Source of the DNA: an uncultured Acidimicrobiaceae bacterium
Lineage (GTDB): Bacteria; Actinomycetota; Acidimicrobiia; Acidimicrobiales; RAAP-2
Direction of reading: 5' to 3'
DNA: 64,000 bases
NCBI GenBank assembly: GCA_963756325.1
Contig: CAVWNE010000011.1
Location: 25,893 to 89,892 of the forward strand
The translations under genes and the position numbers were made by a program. Below, piece by piece: positions 63,548 to 64,000 of the stretch (its first letter is position 1; the number at the start of each line of letters is the position of its first letter). A model generated the notes under the pieces. It made no database searches. It was not told the origin of the DNA and saw nothing but the letters and a program-made list of their open reading frames with translations.

Positions 63548-64000
63548 GTGGCCGTCGGCTCTACCGGCGTCGCCTGGGTCGAGTACCACGGAGAGGTATG
63601 TGCAGTGACTACTCTCGTCTGCCCAGGTTCGGCGGTATCGGTCAATCTCCTCACTGACGTCGTGGGATCTCCCGTGCCCGCGGGCGCAAATCCGACGGGA
63701 GCCTCACTTTGTCCAGACGGTTCGACCCTCTACGTTCCCGACTGTGGCGCTGATGCCGGAGTCGACTGCCCTTCCTATTTTAATGTAGATGAAGTACTCC
63801 CCATCGATACCGCAACCGGTGTGGCGTCGACACCAATCCCCATTGTCGTAGCTGGCAGCCCATACACCGTTAACGAATGTGGCGCTGGCGCCCGCAATAA
63901 TGTCCAGACGTCGCAAGACGGGTCAACCCTGAATATAGGCAGCGACGGTCCCGTTTTCGCTGTCGATCTCGCCACTGGAAACTCGCAGTTGCTCACTCCC
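63548..64000 (+). CDS. partial Cys-rich repeat protein, possibly YVTN/beta-propeller-like (runs off window end)
   Basis: Not in the ORF track because it has no stop. The frame is open from 63527 to 64000. It reads ...VTTLVCPGSAVSVNLLTDVVGSPVPAGANPTGASLCPDGSTLYVPDCGADAGVDCPSYF...SQDGSTLNIGSDGPVFAVDLATGNSQLLTP. The recurring P/QDGSTLY/N...D motif resembles 40-residue propeller repeats. Start codon uncertain (GTG 63548 is the first candidate). Confidence 0.4.
   Translation, partial: MAVGSTGVAWVEYHGEVCAVTTLVCPGSAVSVNLLTDVVGSPVPAGANPTGASLCPDGSTLYVPDCGADAGVDCPSYFNVDEVLPIDTATGVASTPIPIVVAGSPYTVNECGAGARNNVQTSQDGSTLNIGSDGPVFAVDLATGNSQLLTP

Noticed and set aside
1-64000. Scan for CRISPR arrays, rRNA, transposases/integrases, toxin-antitoxin pairs, and phage or known defence-system genes.
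   Set aside because: No spaced direct-repeat arrays, no rRNA-like conserved blocks, and no ORF with transposase, integrase, recombinase or recognisable defence-domain motifs were seen. tRNA-Leu is not flanked by integrase or att-like repeats.

Overview
GC-rich, very gene-dense actinobacterial chromosome segment. All calls come from reading the supplied translations and the DNA by eye; no searches or alignments were run. Lineage markers are the mycothiol genes mshC and mshD, the PI/PIM genes pgsA1-acyltransferase-pimA, an InhA-type enoyl-ACP reductase and an F420 reductase. Protein divergence from Mycobacterium/Streptomyces and the extreme compaction suggest a deep branch such as Acidimicrobiia, which is a guess. 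About 1-49 kb is housekeeping core. It contains rpsA, polA, a PdtaR-like ANTAR regulator, tRNA-Leu(CAA), fabD-fabG-acpP-fabF, trpF, ygfZ, mshD, menG/menF, ppm1 and ppk1. A long minus-strand run follows, colinear with the mycobacterial Rv2552c-Rv2614c region: thrS-HIT-pgsA1-acyltransferase-pimA ... pdxS-pdxT-yebC ... ruvCAB-yajC-secDF-relA-hisS-aspS-rarA-alaS-ruvX-mltG-aroE. Many of its stop and start codons overlap. About 49-64 kb looks accessory. It holds an ArsR regulator, an ABC exporter, a LysE translocator, a frameshifted GH1 beta-glucosidase, a DUF4232 protein and a YtrA-type GntR + ABC-2 operon. It also holds an LCP enzyme, an exported protein of unknown function, 3-methyladenine glycosylase and a partial Cys-rich propeller-like ORF. 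The most interesting candidate is a translationally coupled operon at 60650-62705: two exported ferritin-like paralogues plus a type-1 copper cupredoxin. I saw no rRNA, CRISPR array, transposase, integrase or prophage genes. Many long ORFs in the track are antisense shadows typical of high-GC DNA and were rejected.
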